From positions 1-64,000 of the forward strand of contig NW_021832832.1 in the NCBI RefSeq assembly GCF_006345805.1: a DNA stretch of 64,000 nt, read 5' to 3'. Position 1 is the first letter of the stretch, and each line of letters starts with the position of its first letter. Positions 11,657 to 24,910 of the stretch are shown here, one piece after another. The notes beneath the pieces are model-generated. The model saw only the letters and a list, made by a program, of their open reading frames with translations. It was not told where the DNA came from and searched no databases. Both the position numbers and the translations under genes were made by a program. Source of the stretch: Octopus sinensis (taxonomy: Eukaryota).

Positions 11657-11750
11657 GAAGACACTTGCCCAAGGTGCCACGTAGTGGGACTGAACTCGGA
11701 ACTATGTAGTTGGTAAGCAAGCCACTTACCACACAGCCACTCCTGCGCCT
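11657..11750 (-). mobile_element. SINE-A head, inverted relative to 11454-11610
   Basis: GAAGACACTTGCCCAAGG...ACACAGCCACTCCTGCGCCT. Confidence 0.85.
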
Positions 11751-11757
11751 ATATATA

Positions 11758-12952
11758 CAGGGTGCGTAAGGTATTTGAGGACATATCTTTTTGGGTCATT
11801 GCTGTATTTTTTGCTAACACTGTATAATATTTGTTTCACAAAATAATAATGTCAGATCATGAGTTTACTCAAGAAATGAATAGGCATTCTGTTATGGTGG
11901 TTATAAAGGCTGAGCATAGCGATTTAGGAATATTTCGATTTTTAAAAGTTGCCAAGGAGCTAGAGACTGACGATGGAAAGGTATCACCAGTATGAAAGCA
12001 TAAAAAGCATTGTAAACGCTCTGGATTCTGTAGAACACCTCAATTTATCCATCAATTTTAACAGATCATCTCCCAGGAAGTCCATGAGGCCAACTGCAAA
12101 ATATCTCCATGTGTTAGAAGGAACAGTTAGAAATGTTGTCCACGAAGACATCAGATATGAGTGAGTCTTATATGATGGGGAAAGGTTAATTTGTCAGAAA
12201 AACAAAAGAAAATCACTACATCAGATCAGAAAATTTGATTTGGTTTTTCTCAAACGAGAATAGCTTCCACCAAGATTACAAGTTTAATAGAAGAAATGAC
12301 AGATGGTTATGCGCAGCCCCTTCTGAAGTTCCAAGTGTTATCCATACAACATTTCCTGCAACTGTCATGGTTTTAGGGGTTGTCAGCAATGAAGGACAAG
12401 TGATGCCTCCTTTTTTCTTTCCACAAGGCCTTAGGGTTAAATCTGGCACCTACATTGAGGTCCTGGAAATAATAGCTAAGCCCTAGATAGACAGTGTATG
12501 CAATGGAAGGCTATACGTGTTTCAGTAAAACCCTTCGCTCTCACACATGGCTCTAGTAACACAGGAATGCATGGCTGAAAATGTTCATGATTACATAACC
12601 CCTAACATTTGGCCTCCTAATTTACCAAATCTCAATCCATTGGACTACTACATGTGGAGTGTTGTTGAGAGACAGAGGTTAATGAACATAACACCAACAA
12701 TTCTTTGAAAGCTGCCATAGTCAGAGTAAAGTCCAAAACGAACCAGGACTCACTTGATTCGAGCATGTAGATGATTTAGGTCTCATATAGAAGCAGTTGT
12801 TTAAGCTGACGGTGGCTTTATTGAATAACATTATAGAAAAGAAGGTTTAGTTTTATCCTCATAGCATTTAATGATAAGTAATGTTATTATCTATTATTAT
12901 AAATCTGTTTTTGATAAACATAAATCTGTCTTCACATATATTACGCACCCTG
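11758..12952 (+). mobile_element. Tc1/mariner DNA transposon, DD37D (maT) type, 1195 bp, decayed
   Basis: 26-bp TIRs CAGGGTGCGTAAGGTATTTGAGGACA matching at 22/26, TA TSD (11756-57 and 12953-54), transposase remnant inside. Confidence 0.92.
11849..12800 (+). pseudogene. DD37D transposase pseudogene
   Basis: ATG at 11849 (MSDHEFTQEM...); WFFSNE (first catalytic D to N, 12253); FQ*N (second D to N, 12529), then exactly 37 residues to NPLD (D at 12643); multiple stops and frameshifts. End coordinate approximate. Confidence 0.88.
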
Positions 12953-12954
12953 TA

Positions 12955-13003
<49 letters not shown>

Positions 13004-13282
13004 TAATGTGTGTGTGTGTGTATGTCTGTACTCATAAGTGTATGTAGACATTTGTGTTTGTGTTTCTGTTGCGAAAAGTCTTTACGAATGTTTGTATGTA
13101 TACCGTCACACATATCCACACATTCACGTGTGCATCAATACATGCTCACACGCATTCTCTCTCTCACATGCACATACACAGACACACACATGCACACACA
13201 CACACACACATACACACACACACGCATACGCACACACACACTTACTGACTTCGAATCGATTTCAACTCACTTATTCTTCATT

Positions 13283-13445
13283 TATGTCTATTTCTTCTTC
13301 TTCTTCTTCTTCTTCTTCTTCTTCTTCTCCTTCTCTCTTCTTCTTCGTCTTCTTCTTCAGTCTCCTTCTCCTCCCCTCCTTCTCCTCCTCCATCTTCTTT
13401 TTCTTCTTCTCCTCCTCCATCTCCTACTCCTTCTTCTTCCTCCAG
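13283..13445. repeat. (CTT)n/(CCT)n pyrimidine-rich microsatellite
   Basis: Direct reading. Confidence 0.9.
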
Positions 13446-14022
13446 TTCTTTCAACTCCTCTACTTTATTCTCTTCTCGTCTGCATTCAAAACCAGCTTAT
13501 ATGCTACCTAGTTTTCTCTCAATCAACTTTCAATGTTAAACGTCCATTGATTATCGGATAAAAAAACATAAAGAGAGCCGTTTAACTTGATAACACAAAG
13601 ACAGACATTTCTTCAGTAAATCCTACACGTGAGCTAGACAATTATTTACTCTATTTTGTCTTCCATTAAAAGGCTTGATTATGTCTTTTATGACTGGCCA
13701 TTAAAACACCAAGCTGCTTTTTACTCTTCGCATTTCGATTCTTTCTTCAATAAATGACCCTGCATCGGGAATCGAAACTAAACAGAAGTTAGCAAACTTG
13801 GCAGTTTATACTGTCTGATTGTCCTGATTTGGTTGTTTGTCTCGTTTACTATGCTTTGTTGCTTTGTTTTTATTATTATTATTTTTATTATTGTTATTCT
13901 TTTATTTTACCCCTTTACATCTTGTTGTTGTAATTCTTCTTCTTCTTCTTCTGCTTCTTTTTCTTCTAAATTCAATATTGCGTCCTCCTTTTGAAATTCC
14001 TACTCTGAAAGCTGATGATGTT

Positions 14023-14059
<37 letters not shown>

Positions 14060-14269
14060 TTAATAACAATAATGATGATAATAATGATAATAGTAATAAT
14101 GATGATGATGGTGGTGGTGATTTCTTTTACTGACCATAAGTGCCCAAGACGTTGAGGACAACACAATGAGAACAACAACAACGATGAAGTTGATGTTGAT
14201 GATGATGATGATGATGCTGATATTCTATGTCTGATAAATATAGAAATATGACTAAATGATGTAACCAAA

Positions 14270-14500
14270 ATAAAAGAAACCCGGAAACAAGCTAACCCCC
14301 ACTAAATCACAATGAACCCGTCGGAGGAAAAGCGATAACGACTCAGTGAACAAAACAAACAGTTTGGCTCCAAGCCAAAACTATTTATCAAGAAGTTTGA
14401 AAAAAAACAACCAATGGCTCGCGAAGACCAAGAGAAAAATATCTGGAGTGAAGTATGGTCAGTAATGGAATATCTACGGAGAAGTCTGTTCAAGCAAACA
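14270..14500 (+). pseudogene. Possible decayed pre-RT fragment of an R4/Dong-like non-LTR element
   Basis: 14339-14461 reads RLSEQNKQFGSKPKLFIKKFEKKQPMAREDQEKNIWSEVWS, resembling the QNxxF...FY...FWSxIWS block upstream of RT in these elements; recognised by eye only. Confidence 0.4.
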
Positions 14501-15154
14501 AACCCAGAATCTGGTCAATCTTTGTAGATCATAGCAATAGAAAATATCAGCAGATTCACTGCAAATAAACAAATGGAAAATAGCAAGACAGAGAAAGACC
14601 CTGCACTTCTAGTATACTAGTATACTGAAGTGTTAACCGAGATTCTTAATAAGATATTGACATAACTGGAGGTAACGCTGGAAAAATCTTTTTCTAGGGC
14701 TCTAACAATTCTGCCAGTTTGCCGCCTAATGATGCTGCTGCAGATGATGATGATAGTGATGATGCTGATGGTGATAGTGATGATGAAGATGATGATGATG
14801 ATGGTGGTGATTGTTATCATTTGCAAAAGCTCAGTTTCACTTTGGAGGGCTGTACTTGCTTACATCATCCTGAAGGACTTAATATCTTAGTGCGGAAAGA
14901 AAAACGCGATGTAAGCGTCTGCAGGATTCGAACCCGAGCCTTAAAATTCCGTAAATTTTAAGACCCAAGCATGGCATTTAGCCAACTGCTATAACGATTC
15001 TGCCATATGAACAATATTGCTGTTGCGTCTATGACGGGATTTATAGTGCAAGAAGAGGAGGATGCCGATATCCAGAAACCCCGATGATGGGTATACTGGG
15101 CTTCGTATATCTTACCCCAGTGCCCCTTTGATGGCATGCACTGCTATCTCACTC

Positions 15155-15190
<36 letters not shown>

Positions 15191-15193
<3 letters not shown>

Positions 15194-15304
15194 CTTTTAC
15201 TCGTTTCAGTCATTTGACTGCGGCCATTCTGGAGCACTGCATTTAGTCGAGCAAGTCGACCCCAGGACTTATTCTTTGTAAGCCTAGTGCTTATTCTATC
15301 GGTC
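15191..15304 (-). mobile_element. SINE-A 3' tail fragment
   Basis: ACTCTTTTACTCGTTTCAGTCATTTGACTGCGGCC...TTATTCTATCGGTC. Confidence 0.85.
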
Positions 15305-15309
15305 GGGGG

Positions 15310-16800
15310 ATGATAGCGATGTTGATGATTATGAGAATGATAAAAGAGATTATTGTGATTATGACGATATTGATAGGGTAATAACGGTTGTGATGACGTA
15401 AAAGGTAAAGACTGCATCATTGCGAATGCTTTCATGAAGATGTTGTTGTTGATGATACTGATGACGACGACTATGAGAATGATAATGATGTTGATGATGA
15501 CGATTCAGCATGGCCTTGGCAGCGATGACTAAAATTAAATAACTACGATGATGAGGATGATGACGATGACGATAATGAGAGGACGAGGAGAGGGAGAAGG
15601 AGCAGGAGGAGCAGGATAGGAATCAAGATTGTGATAATGATGATAATGACGACGATGTTGATGAGGGGGAGGAGTCGGAAATATCTGATGTTTGTTTAAT
15701 GAGCTACTTTAATTTAGTGAAGGAAGATGTGACAAATTTGATGACGATGATGATGGCGCTGGTATTGGTTTTGATAGTGGCGGTGGTGGTGCTGGTGCTG
15801 GTGCTGCTGCTGCTGCTGCTGGAAATGTTGCTGGTGTCGTTGGTACGCGATATACAGGCAACTGTGATGATGATGATGATGATGATGACGACGATAGGGA
15901 TTTGTGCTGGTGGAACTACATGTTGCCATTAGGGAGGTGAGATTGGCAATAATGATTATGAAGTTGCAGCAACAGTTTTAATACATATCAGTATTTTTTT
16001 TTTTTTTTTTACCACTGATGATGATGAGCATGATGATGATGATCGCGATGATGATGACGGTGCTGATGAAAATAATTAGAGTTTTGCGGCTGATGAAAGA
16101 TAAGGGTGATGATGACGATGGAGCTGGTGATAAAGGTGATGATCATAACGAGTATGATTAGAGAACGAACTTAGATGATGAAGATTGTGGTTCCCATGGT
16201 GACAGTGATTGTTATAATGATGGTGATTACAACTATAATGGCGATGATAACGATGATGGTGATAATGATGATGCTGATGATGGCGGTGGTGGTATTGGTT
16301 TTGGTGGTGGTGGTAGTGGTGGTGCTGGTGGTGCTGGTGATATAGGTGATATAGGTGACACTGGCGATGGTAATGGCGGAGGTGGTGGTAGTAGTGATAA
16401 TGATGAAGATGATAATGATGAGGAGGAGAGGAGGACAGATAACAAGATTGTTTAATGAGACTGATGATGATGATTGTGATGATGATAATAATGATCATCA
16501 TGATGTGATGATGGTGATGATGATGATGAAGATGAAGACGAGGAAGATGTTGATAATTATTATGATTACGGAATGCTGTGATAATTGTGATGATGTAGAT
16601 CAAGAAGAGGAAAGGGAGGGGAGGGAAAAAGTGGGAGAGAGCGACGATGATGATGGGGATAATAATAATAATAATAATAATAATTATTATTATTATTATT
16701 ATTATATTATTATTATTATTATTATTACTTAGGATATGCTGCCGCTTATGGCGGTGATAATGCGTTTTGTGGTGATGGCGATGAGTTTGCTGTAGCTCTT
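15310..16800. repeat. Compound trinucleotide low-complexity block (GAT/GGT/GCT/AAT)
   Basis: Direct reading; produces the poly-H, poly-M and poly-P ORFs. Confidence 0.9.
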
Positions 16801-16979
16801 GATGATGCCAATGGCGGTGATATTTTATATTTACCCCACCACAAATCGATATAAAAGATGTACATTAATCATCTAACATCATACGAAAAGCCTTCAGGTT
16901 TTGCCTGCGTAAAGAATTTATAACTGGAAGCCAAAGCCAAACCCACTTTATAATCTGAAGAATAAAATGCTTTGTGCGC

Positions 16980-16980
16980 T

Positions 16981-17017
<37 letters not shown>

Positions 17018-17041
17018 GTATATATATATATACATATGCAA

Positions 17042-17092
<51 letters not shown>

Positions 17093-17184
17093 GATGTATA
17101 CATATATGAAAATGTATATATATGTGTAGATGATATATATATATATAAATATATATATAGATGTATATATATATAATATATATA

Positions 17185-17215
<31 letters not shown>

Positions 17216-17239
17216 GTAGATGTATATATATATATATAA

Positions 17240-17272
<33 letters not shown>

Positions 17273-17352
17273 AATATATATATATAGATGTATATATATA
17301 TATATAAATATATATATAAATATATATATATATGTATATATGTATATATATA
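16980..17352. repeat. (TA)n microsatellite with GATG interruptions
   Basis: Direct reading. Confidence 0.95.
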
Positions 17353-17694
17353 TGTTATTCACTCATACACACAGCAAACCCATACATATAAAGTGCATCT
17401 CAGTTTTCCCTCGAAGGTAAAAAAAGAGGCTATCATCGTCATCATCATCAGCAGCAGTAGCTGTAGCATCATCATTGTAAACACGAACAACTACGACAAC
17501 AACAGCAAATAACAACAACATTTAACAATTACAAAATGTATATCCTGTAAATAGAATCCGTTATTATTTTTTTTTTGTACTTTTTGGAAATTCAATTTTT
17601 GCGTTGTTTGCTTTGATATAGATTTTGTTTATTTACATATATATTTGTTTTGTATTACACACAAACACAAATATATATACATACATATATATAT

Positions 17695-17725
<31 letters not shown>

Positions 17726-19924
17726 CACACAAAATTTTGAAGCATTAATGGGTAGAAATAAGGTATAGAATTGTAGGTTTCGATGTAAGAAGCCAATTAG
17801 TGTATAATATTGCTTAAGGCGGTACGCATTCCACGCAGCAACAGAAACGACAAACATTAGCAATGTTATAAATGCGGTTAAATTAAGGGAATATTGGAAA
17901 TTTGTTTATTGGAATAACGTTCGGTTGACGAGTATTTTTGACAACAAAATTTATCAGCTGTTCTCTGATCAAATATTTAACATTATATTTAGATATTTAC
18001 AGTATTAATTTACTTCAATTTAGTCTATTTTACCATGAGTCAACGAAGAATACATTTAAAAGAGGGGAATATATATGCTTCGGTGAATGAGTTAAATTAA
18101 AGTGTCTAGCTATAAAAGAATTTGCAAACTGATTATAGTTTCTAACAGTTATATACATCATATTAAAATAGTAGTTGTACACTCGCCTCAAGTGTTGCAG
18201 TGTTGGGGCTCCTGTTCCTTATGACCCTCAGAACTATGCCAATGTAGCGCAAGCTCTGAATAGGATCTCCCATACTGGTGAGAACAAAGAAGAGAGGCCT
18301 GATTTATAGGGACCACCTCTCCCCATAGGCCGGTTTATATGGGTTTGCATATGATCAACATCCCTACATAATAAAAAGCAAAGTTATAGAAGCATCGATG
18401 GGAATTTTAAGGCAACGGAACCTGAGCGTAAAAGGTCTTCCGTTAGCGAGGTAGGGTACTAAGACTATTTTGAAAAAAAAAAAGCAGGGATCCAACTAGT
18501 GGGAGGTAGGTAGAAAAGACAGCTTAGGATCGAAAGCAATGGAGAAAAGTCGCAGAAGGCCTATGTTCAAAACAATGCGAATGCATAAGCAAGCGTATCT
18601 ATTTAGGTATTTAAGACAATAAATTTGTAATGTACTATAAAGCATTTAATTAGCTATCCTGACATTCTATCTGTCAGCGCTACTTTAAGATATATTGAGA
18701 TATGCTATATTTTATGACTGTAGGTCTAGTAAAAACTGTAAGCCACTGGGTTCGGAACCTGATACTATTAACTATACTAATGGCATTTGGATGAACTCCC
18801 AGTCTAAATAGAGTGATGTGGTTAACGAACGACCTGTGTGCACATGTACAGATGAAAGTTATTCTGTGAAACGTAATGTAGTATTGGATCATGGAGTTTC
18901 TGGTTTAAATGCTTGTAACAAACTCAATGTCGCTGAAGGCATTCGAGAAGCATGCGGTGATGAAAGTTTCGGTGTTAAAATTAGATTGATTCTATGTTAG
19001 AACCCCATAGGCTTCGATTATGTATTGGATTGCTCTGGTCGATAATACAACTACAGGTAAACTTCTGCGGTTCTAGTAATTGATGCTTTATTTTTACCTC
19101 ATTAATTGGTTTTCATACCCAAGAAGAGCATGCTAAGAAGCAACATTAAACCAATACATAACAATAAATACTGTGGAACATTTATAGAGCTCCAGGCCAA
19201 TTCAGCAGTTAGTTTCTTTCACTTTGCATACGCTGTAGGTGCAATCGTAAAAACTTAAACGTGAAATTGTTCAATGACCTCACTAATTGCTGGCTGAAAA
19301 ACAGAATAATATTTAAATAAATATAAATATTGGAAATCAAAGATTATTCAGTAATCTATCATCATGATATCTTCAGTTGAGAGAAAGGTTGTGCATGCAT
19401 TTTTGCCCCCATATCTCCACCATACAAGGTAATGTTTTTTTTACATCCCATATTGGGTAGAGATATCTAATATCTGAATGTTTCATTTTTATGGAGCACA
19501 TATTTCTCAGCAAGCTGAGCCAAAGAACCGATTTCAAGGTGTCTCCTTCGCAAGTAAAAATCTGGTTTAAGGTTTTAATAGGAGAAAATTACCCCATCCG
19601 CCATAAGAAAACAAAAGAAGTTGGATATCCCTTGCGAAAAAATACGCACCCAGGGCGGAATACCCGAATCTTCTAATTAGCAGGTGATCGAAACAGATGG
19701 GAGTTAGTATCATGGAGTACCCTCATCCAACTTTGAAACTTTTTTTTTTTTGTAATTATTTCTATTTTATAGTAATATACTTAACTACAGACACATGTGT
19801 TTGCGCGCGCTCACGTGTGTATGTGTATGTATATAATGTAGATTCCAGTGTGTTTAATAACGATTATTGTATGGCGATTTTTGTGTCGTGCGGATGAATC
19901 CGTGTGGTCAATGTTAAAAATGGC

Positions 19925-19973
<49 letters not shown>

Positions 19974-20323
19974 GAATGGTATGCAACAAAGGTATTATAG
20001 TAGAAATCGATGTCCTTGATACCAAGTCACGTCTAGTTTCCTTAGATCTCAAGGATTGAGTAAAACCATTGCTGTTCCTAATGGAACAGATTTCTTTATT
20101 AATTCACTTCTCGTACTTACTCTCTTATCATCAAACAAATCGTCAAGTCTTCGGGGAATGGTACCTGGAGCACCTGTGGCTACTGGGAATACTTTTGCAG
20201 AAATTCTCAACAGTCTTCGCATTTCTGTTACTAAGTTTTTGTATTTTCTTTTTGCCTTCTTGTTCTTTTACTTTAACATTCATATCAGCAGAAAAAGCGA
20301 CATCTATGATTATTCTTGACTCA
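19974..20323 (-). mobile_element. 5'-truncated restriction-like-endonuclease non-LTR retrotransposon (R4/Dong-like) inserted in (AAT)n
   Basis: Minus translation IIIDVAFSADMNVKVKEQE-[frameshift]-KYKNLVTEMRRLLRISAKVFPVATGAPGTIPRRL...IKKSVPLGTAMVL* (stop 20049-51) fits the RLE C-terminus IIDV.VP.D.N...KE.EK..KY..L..E..RLW...PIVIGALG...LLGTA; (AAT)n lies on both sides. Confidence 0.8.
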
Positions 20324-20361
20324 ATTATTATTATTATTTGTTGTTGTTATTGTCATTATTA

Positions 20362-20770
20362 TAGGCGTAGGAGTGGCTGCGTGGTAAGTAGCTTGCTTAC
20401 GAACCACATGGTTCTGGGTTCAGTTCCACTGCGTGAAACCTTGCGCAAGTGTCTTCTACTATAGCCTTGGGCTGACCAAAGCCCTGTGAGCGGACTTGGT
20501 AGATGGAAACTGAAAGAAGCCCATCGTATACATATATATATATGTATGTATGTGTGTGTATATGTTTGTGTGTCTGTGTTTGTCCCCCCAGCATCTCTTG
20601 ACAACCGATGCTGGTGTGCTTACGTACCGGTAACGTAGTGGTTCGGCAAAAGAGACAGATAGAATAAGTACTAGGCTTGCAAAGAATAAGTCCTGGGGTT
20701 GATATGCTCGACTAAAGGCGGTGCTCCAGCATGGCCACAGTCAAATGACTGAAACAAGTAAGTAAACGAG
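20362..20770 (+). mobile_element. SINE-A, full length
   Basis: TAGGCGTAGGAGTGGCTGCGTGG through CTGAAACAAGTAAGTAAACGAG. Confidence 0.92.
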
Positions 20771-22099
20771 TATCTCTATCGTAATACTAGATATTGTTGT
20801 TTGACTAGCTTTTACGACATTCCTTGTAATAATACTCATTATTTCCTTCTCCTGTTTTCTTTCCTGTAAACTGCAGTCAGGTCTCATCCTCAATTGTATT
20901 AATGTAGTAAGACAGTTGATGTTCTAGTGAGTTGTGTAAACATATAATTCTTGATGAGTTGTGTAAACGTATTCTAAACGAAAACACAATCGAGCCGAGT
21001 TTAATAACCGAAATAATTATTTCGAGGAACAATAATGTTGGTAACTTATGTATCTATTTAGTTCCAATCCCTGCTTATTGACAGAATTAAGCTCATCTCA
21101 TGAAGCTAACGAAAAAGCAGTTAGTTCTACAAAATCACATTATCAGAATAATTGACAAAACACTCATTAGTAATATCGAACAACAATAAACTTGATTTGT
21201 CTCCGGTACCTATTAACAGATATATAGTTTGAGACGGTAAGTAACTAAGTGCAACTTGTGATAGGAAATGAAATATCGACTGTACAGTGAGTATGCCAGC
21301 TTGTCAACAACATAGCTATCTGCAGCTCTCTGTACATTGAAATGAAATTAAAATCATTATTTTTCAAATGAGTATATATAACTTCATGTTCAAAGTTTAC
21401 ATAGTGTTTCAAGTGTCGAAAGAAGGATATCATTTGATCAGTAAATATAAACATACAGCATTTGATGTATGAGGAATGAAAAACGTTCTTGGAATCGTTT
21501 GATAAAATTTCCTGTTTGATGTTTTGATCAATATCGTTTGTATATTTCCTCTCTATTCATTTGCCATCTAGGAAAATGTTTTCCGTACCATTCTTTGTGA
21601 ACGGTTTTGATTTTCAGTGGAATTTATTTGTTTCAGTTTTTGAATGTGACCCATTAAATTTCAGAGTATATTCGTCGCTGTGTTGCCCTATTTAGGGCTG
21701 AAAAAATTCAATAGAACAACGACCTATTTTAATGGTGTTATATTTACACATCTCAAATTTTCATCTGCTAATGAAACACATTACCAGTCTTCACATTGTC
21801 CCTACTATTGATAGCTGTCAGTGGTTATTAATGCGTGGTATATACCACTTGGTAGACTACGCCATTTTCAGTCTTTTGCTTTCAAAAAGACAGAACTTCT
21901 CATCCTTCTCTCCAAACCGCTTTCTATAGGTGTCTCTACAAATCAACACATTAAAAATGGAACGCTTTCGATAAAAAGTCCCTTCATCTCATTCTTTCTT
22001 TTTCTTTATTTCTCTCTCTCTTTCTCTGTTTTCCTTTTCACACATACGTATGCACGCGCGCACACACACTCAGACGTGTCCTTTCCTTTTTCACACGCA

Positions 22100-22149
22100 C
22101 ACGCACACACACACACACACACACATATATACATACATACATACATATA

Positions 22150-22183
<34 letters not shown>

Positions 22184-22206
22184 AATATATATATACACAC
22201 ACACGC

Positions 22207-22241
<35 letters not shown>

Positions 22242-22299
22242 CACGCATTATATATATATATATATATATACACGCATATATATATATATATAATCACGC

Positions 22300-22332
<33 letters not shown>

Positions 22333-22377
22333 TATATATATATACACACACACATACACACAAATATATATATATAT

Positions 22378-22434
<57 letters not shown>

Positions 22435-22437
22435 ATA
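22100..22437. repeat. Compound (CA)n/(TA)n microsatellite
   Basis: Direct reading. Confidence 0.95.
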
Positions 22438-23101
22438 AAGATGAAAATGTCAGGTGCAATCAGTTAGCCAATTAAAACGCCTTTTGTAAACAGCATTAGA
22501 ATGTTGAGAGGAAACCTCACAAAACATCACTCCCTTGCCGCGCAACCTATTTACTGTTACTGTGCGTGAATTCAAAAATAGCAAAACGTTTTGCTTCTTT
22601 CTTCGCGGCCATCTTAACGAATACAGCTTTTTCATCATTATCTAATTTTTCAAAATTCTGAAACACAATTTACAAAAGCTTAACGTGCAACATGATGTCC
22701 TTTTATCTAAATATATTCTAACTTATAACGAACATAATTATAGTGGGATTTTGATTAAATTTTCGTTATGCAACACACAATTGGTATATACCGCATGGGA
22801 AATCTGCAGCTATTGTGGTCCCTATAGGTTAGATTTCAAAACGGCACACTATATATTTGACAACATTATTCTGCATTATAGTATAGAATTATTTATATAT
22901 TATGGTTTCTGTGAAAATTGCGCTTTAAAAGCAACTAGATTTATTCTCCATTCAAGCTGAAAGAACATTAAAGTGCAATCACGCAGCCTCTGTATGTGTA
23001 TGTGCGTGTGTGTGTGTCTCTGTGTCTCTGTGTGTTTATAAACTATTTCTGTTTTTATTGCCGCTCGTTTCCTCTCACTTTTAGGCATCCCATACACACC
23101 T

Positions 23102-23370
23102 CCGTCCACTCGTAACCGAGGAAGACCATTGCTGACCTACAGGAACATTGTGCGCTCTAGGACTAACTTATATTTGCATTTGCGGCTCCGTTGGTGGCTA
23201 ATGAGCCCTGCTCTTGACAAGCATACACGACTGCAAACATTGCAGAACAAGCTTTCCCCATTCACTAGACCAGCAGCACACTTAAGTTTTCCATGCCGAA
23301 TACGTGCTCTCTCAAAAGTGTCGAACCCCTCCTTAAACTGTTTCCTCCAAATGATTCCTTCCGGTCTCTT
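23102..23370 (-). mobile_element. 5'-truncated RTE-clade LINE 3' end with 12-bp TSD
   Basis: WRKQFKEG...FCNVCSRVCLSRAGLISHQRS (RTE terminal Cys/His motif); TSD CCATACACACCT at 23090-23101 and 23371-23382. Confidence 0.88.
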
Positions 23371-23686
23371 CCATACACACCTACACACCTACATACATAC
23401 ATATACACACATATATATTTATAGGTATATACAGAATCTTATGCATACATGCATACACTCGTGCAACTATGCGTAATAAGCATGGGTGCATATACATACA
23501 GACATACACACACATACATACGTATGCCATTTAAATGAATCATATACACATGAGTAACAAAACAGTGTTTCTCACCTGAATGGTCTTGCACGTTGTATTA
23601 ATCTATATCAAAGATGAGTGAAGTATTGCGAGAGATACCTTAAAGTAACCAGTGTTCTATATTTGAACTACGAAAAGAAAAAATAT

Positions 23687-23988
23687 GCGGGTTCAATCCC
23701 ATTGCGACCGAAGCCATGTGGATAGATTTGGTAGACGGAAACTGAAAGAAGCCTGTCGAAAATATTTGTGTGTGTGTGTGTGTGTCTGTGAATGTCCCAC
23801 CACCATCGCTTGACAACCGATGTTGAAGTGTTTACGCCCCCGTAAATTAGCGGTTCGGCAAAAGAGACAGATAGAATAAGCACTAGGCTTACAATGAATA
23901 AGTCCTGGCGTCGATTCGTTCGACTAAAGGCGGTGCTGCAGCATGGACGCAGTCAAATGACTGAAACAAATAAAAGAATAACAGAATA
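23687..23988 (+). mobile_element. SINE-A with truncated/deleted 5' part
   Basis: GATTTGGTAGACGGAAACTGAAAGAAG through GACTGAAACAAATAAAAGAAT. Confidence 0.85.
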
Positions 23989-24064
23989 AACGAATGGTTT
24001 TCATCTTAGCTTAACCTAGAAAGAATTCTCTCCCTTTTAATGGTATAGCCTGAAGCAAATCACA

Positions 24065-24195
24065 TGGTGAAGAAGCTTACTTCCCAACTACATGGTTCCG
24101 GGTTCAGTCTCACTGCGTTCCACCTTCGGCATGTCTCTTCTCTTCTACTATAGTTTCAAGCTGACCAAAGGCCTGAATGAGTGGGTTTAGCAAAC
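24065..24195 (+). mobile_element. Degenerate SINE-A head
   Basis: CATGGTTCCGGGTTCAGTCTCACTGCG...CTTCTACTATAG...GACCAAAG. Confidence 0.7.
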
Positions 24196-24258
24196 AAGAA
24201 CCGGTCTTGGTGTGTTTAATGGAATGTGTATCTATCTATCTGTCTGCCTGTGTGTCTG

Positions 24259-24301
<43 letters not shown>

Positions 24302-24321
24302 CTCTATCTCTCTCTCTATCT

Positions 24322-24360
<39 letters not shown>

Positions 24361-24406
24361 GTCTGTCTGTCTGTCTGTCTGTATATATATATATGTATCT
24401 AGCTAG

Positions 24407-24442
<36 letters not shown>

Positions 24443-24485
24443 CTAGCTAGCTATATATATATATATATATATGTATCTAGCTAGT

Positions 24486-24519
<34 letters not shown>

Positions 24520-24556
24520 ATATATATGTATCTAGCTAGTTATATATATTATATAT

Positions 24557-24910
24557 AGGCTTGGACCACGTGCCATCCGTCCACAACAAAAATCTAAATC
24601 GCATCACATAACGACAATACGGCACAACTATTTCACCTCAATTGGACCTGCTCTCTTCAACATTACACCAGGACACGTCAAAAAAGAAACTGACCACACA
24701 AAATTCAAGAAGTCTTTGGACAAATTCCTTCAAACAGTACCGGACAAACCACCCACACCCGGATATGTCTCCGCAAACAATAACTCTCTGCTCGAATGGG
24801 CTTGGTGCCCAAATCCTGAACTGAAAGACTTCGCCAGGTGCTGCTATTAAGTTAGACATGGCCTGGGCCAATACTGGCCAAAACCTTTCTAAGTTATTCT
24901 AAGTTAAGTT
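24557..24910 (+). mobile_element. 5'-truncated CR1/L2-group LINE 3' end (second family)
   Basis: Open frame 24557-24850: RLGPRA...IGPALFNITP...FKKSLDKFLQTVPDKPPTPGYVSANNNSLLEW...; 3' stem-loop GGCCA-ATAC-TGGCC and a TAAGT-type repeat tail. Confidence 0.88.

Noticed and set aside
16233-16445. Formin-like polyproline ORF
   Set aside because: It is the reverse complement of (GGT)n/(GAT)n within a 1.5-kb trinucleotide block, with no splice signals or domain context.
18818-19000. 60-aa ORF faintly like a mariner N-terminus
   Set aside because: No TIRs and no further transposase motifs.
19491-19676. SPSQVKIWFK resembles homeodomain helix 3
   Set aside because: No NRR after WF, no helix 1/2 pattern, and the possible donor (GTTTTA) is poor; probably chance.
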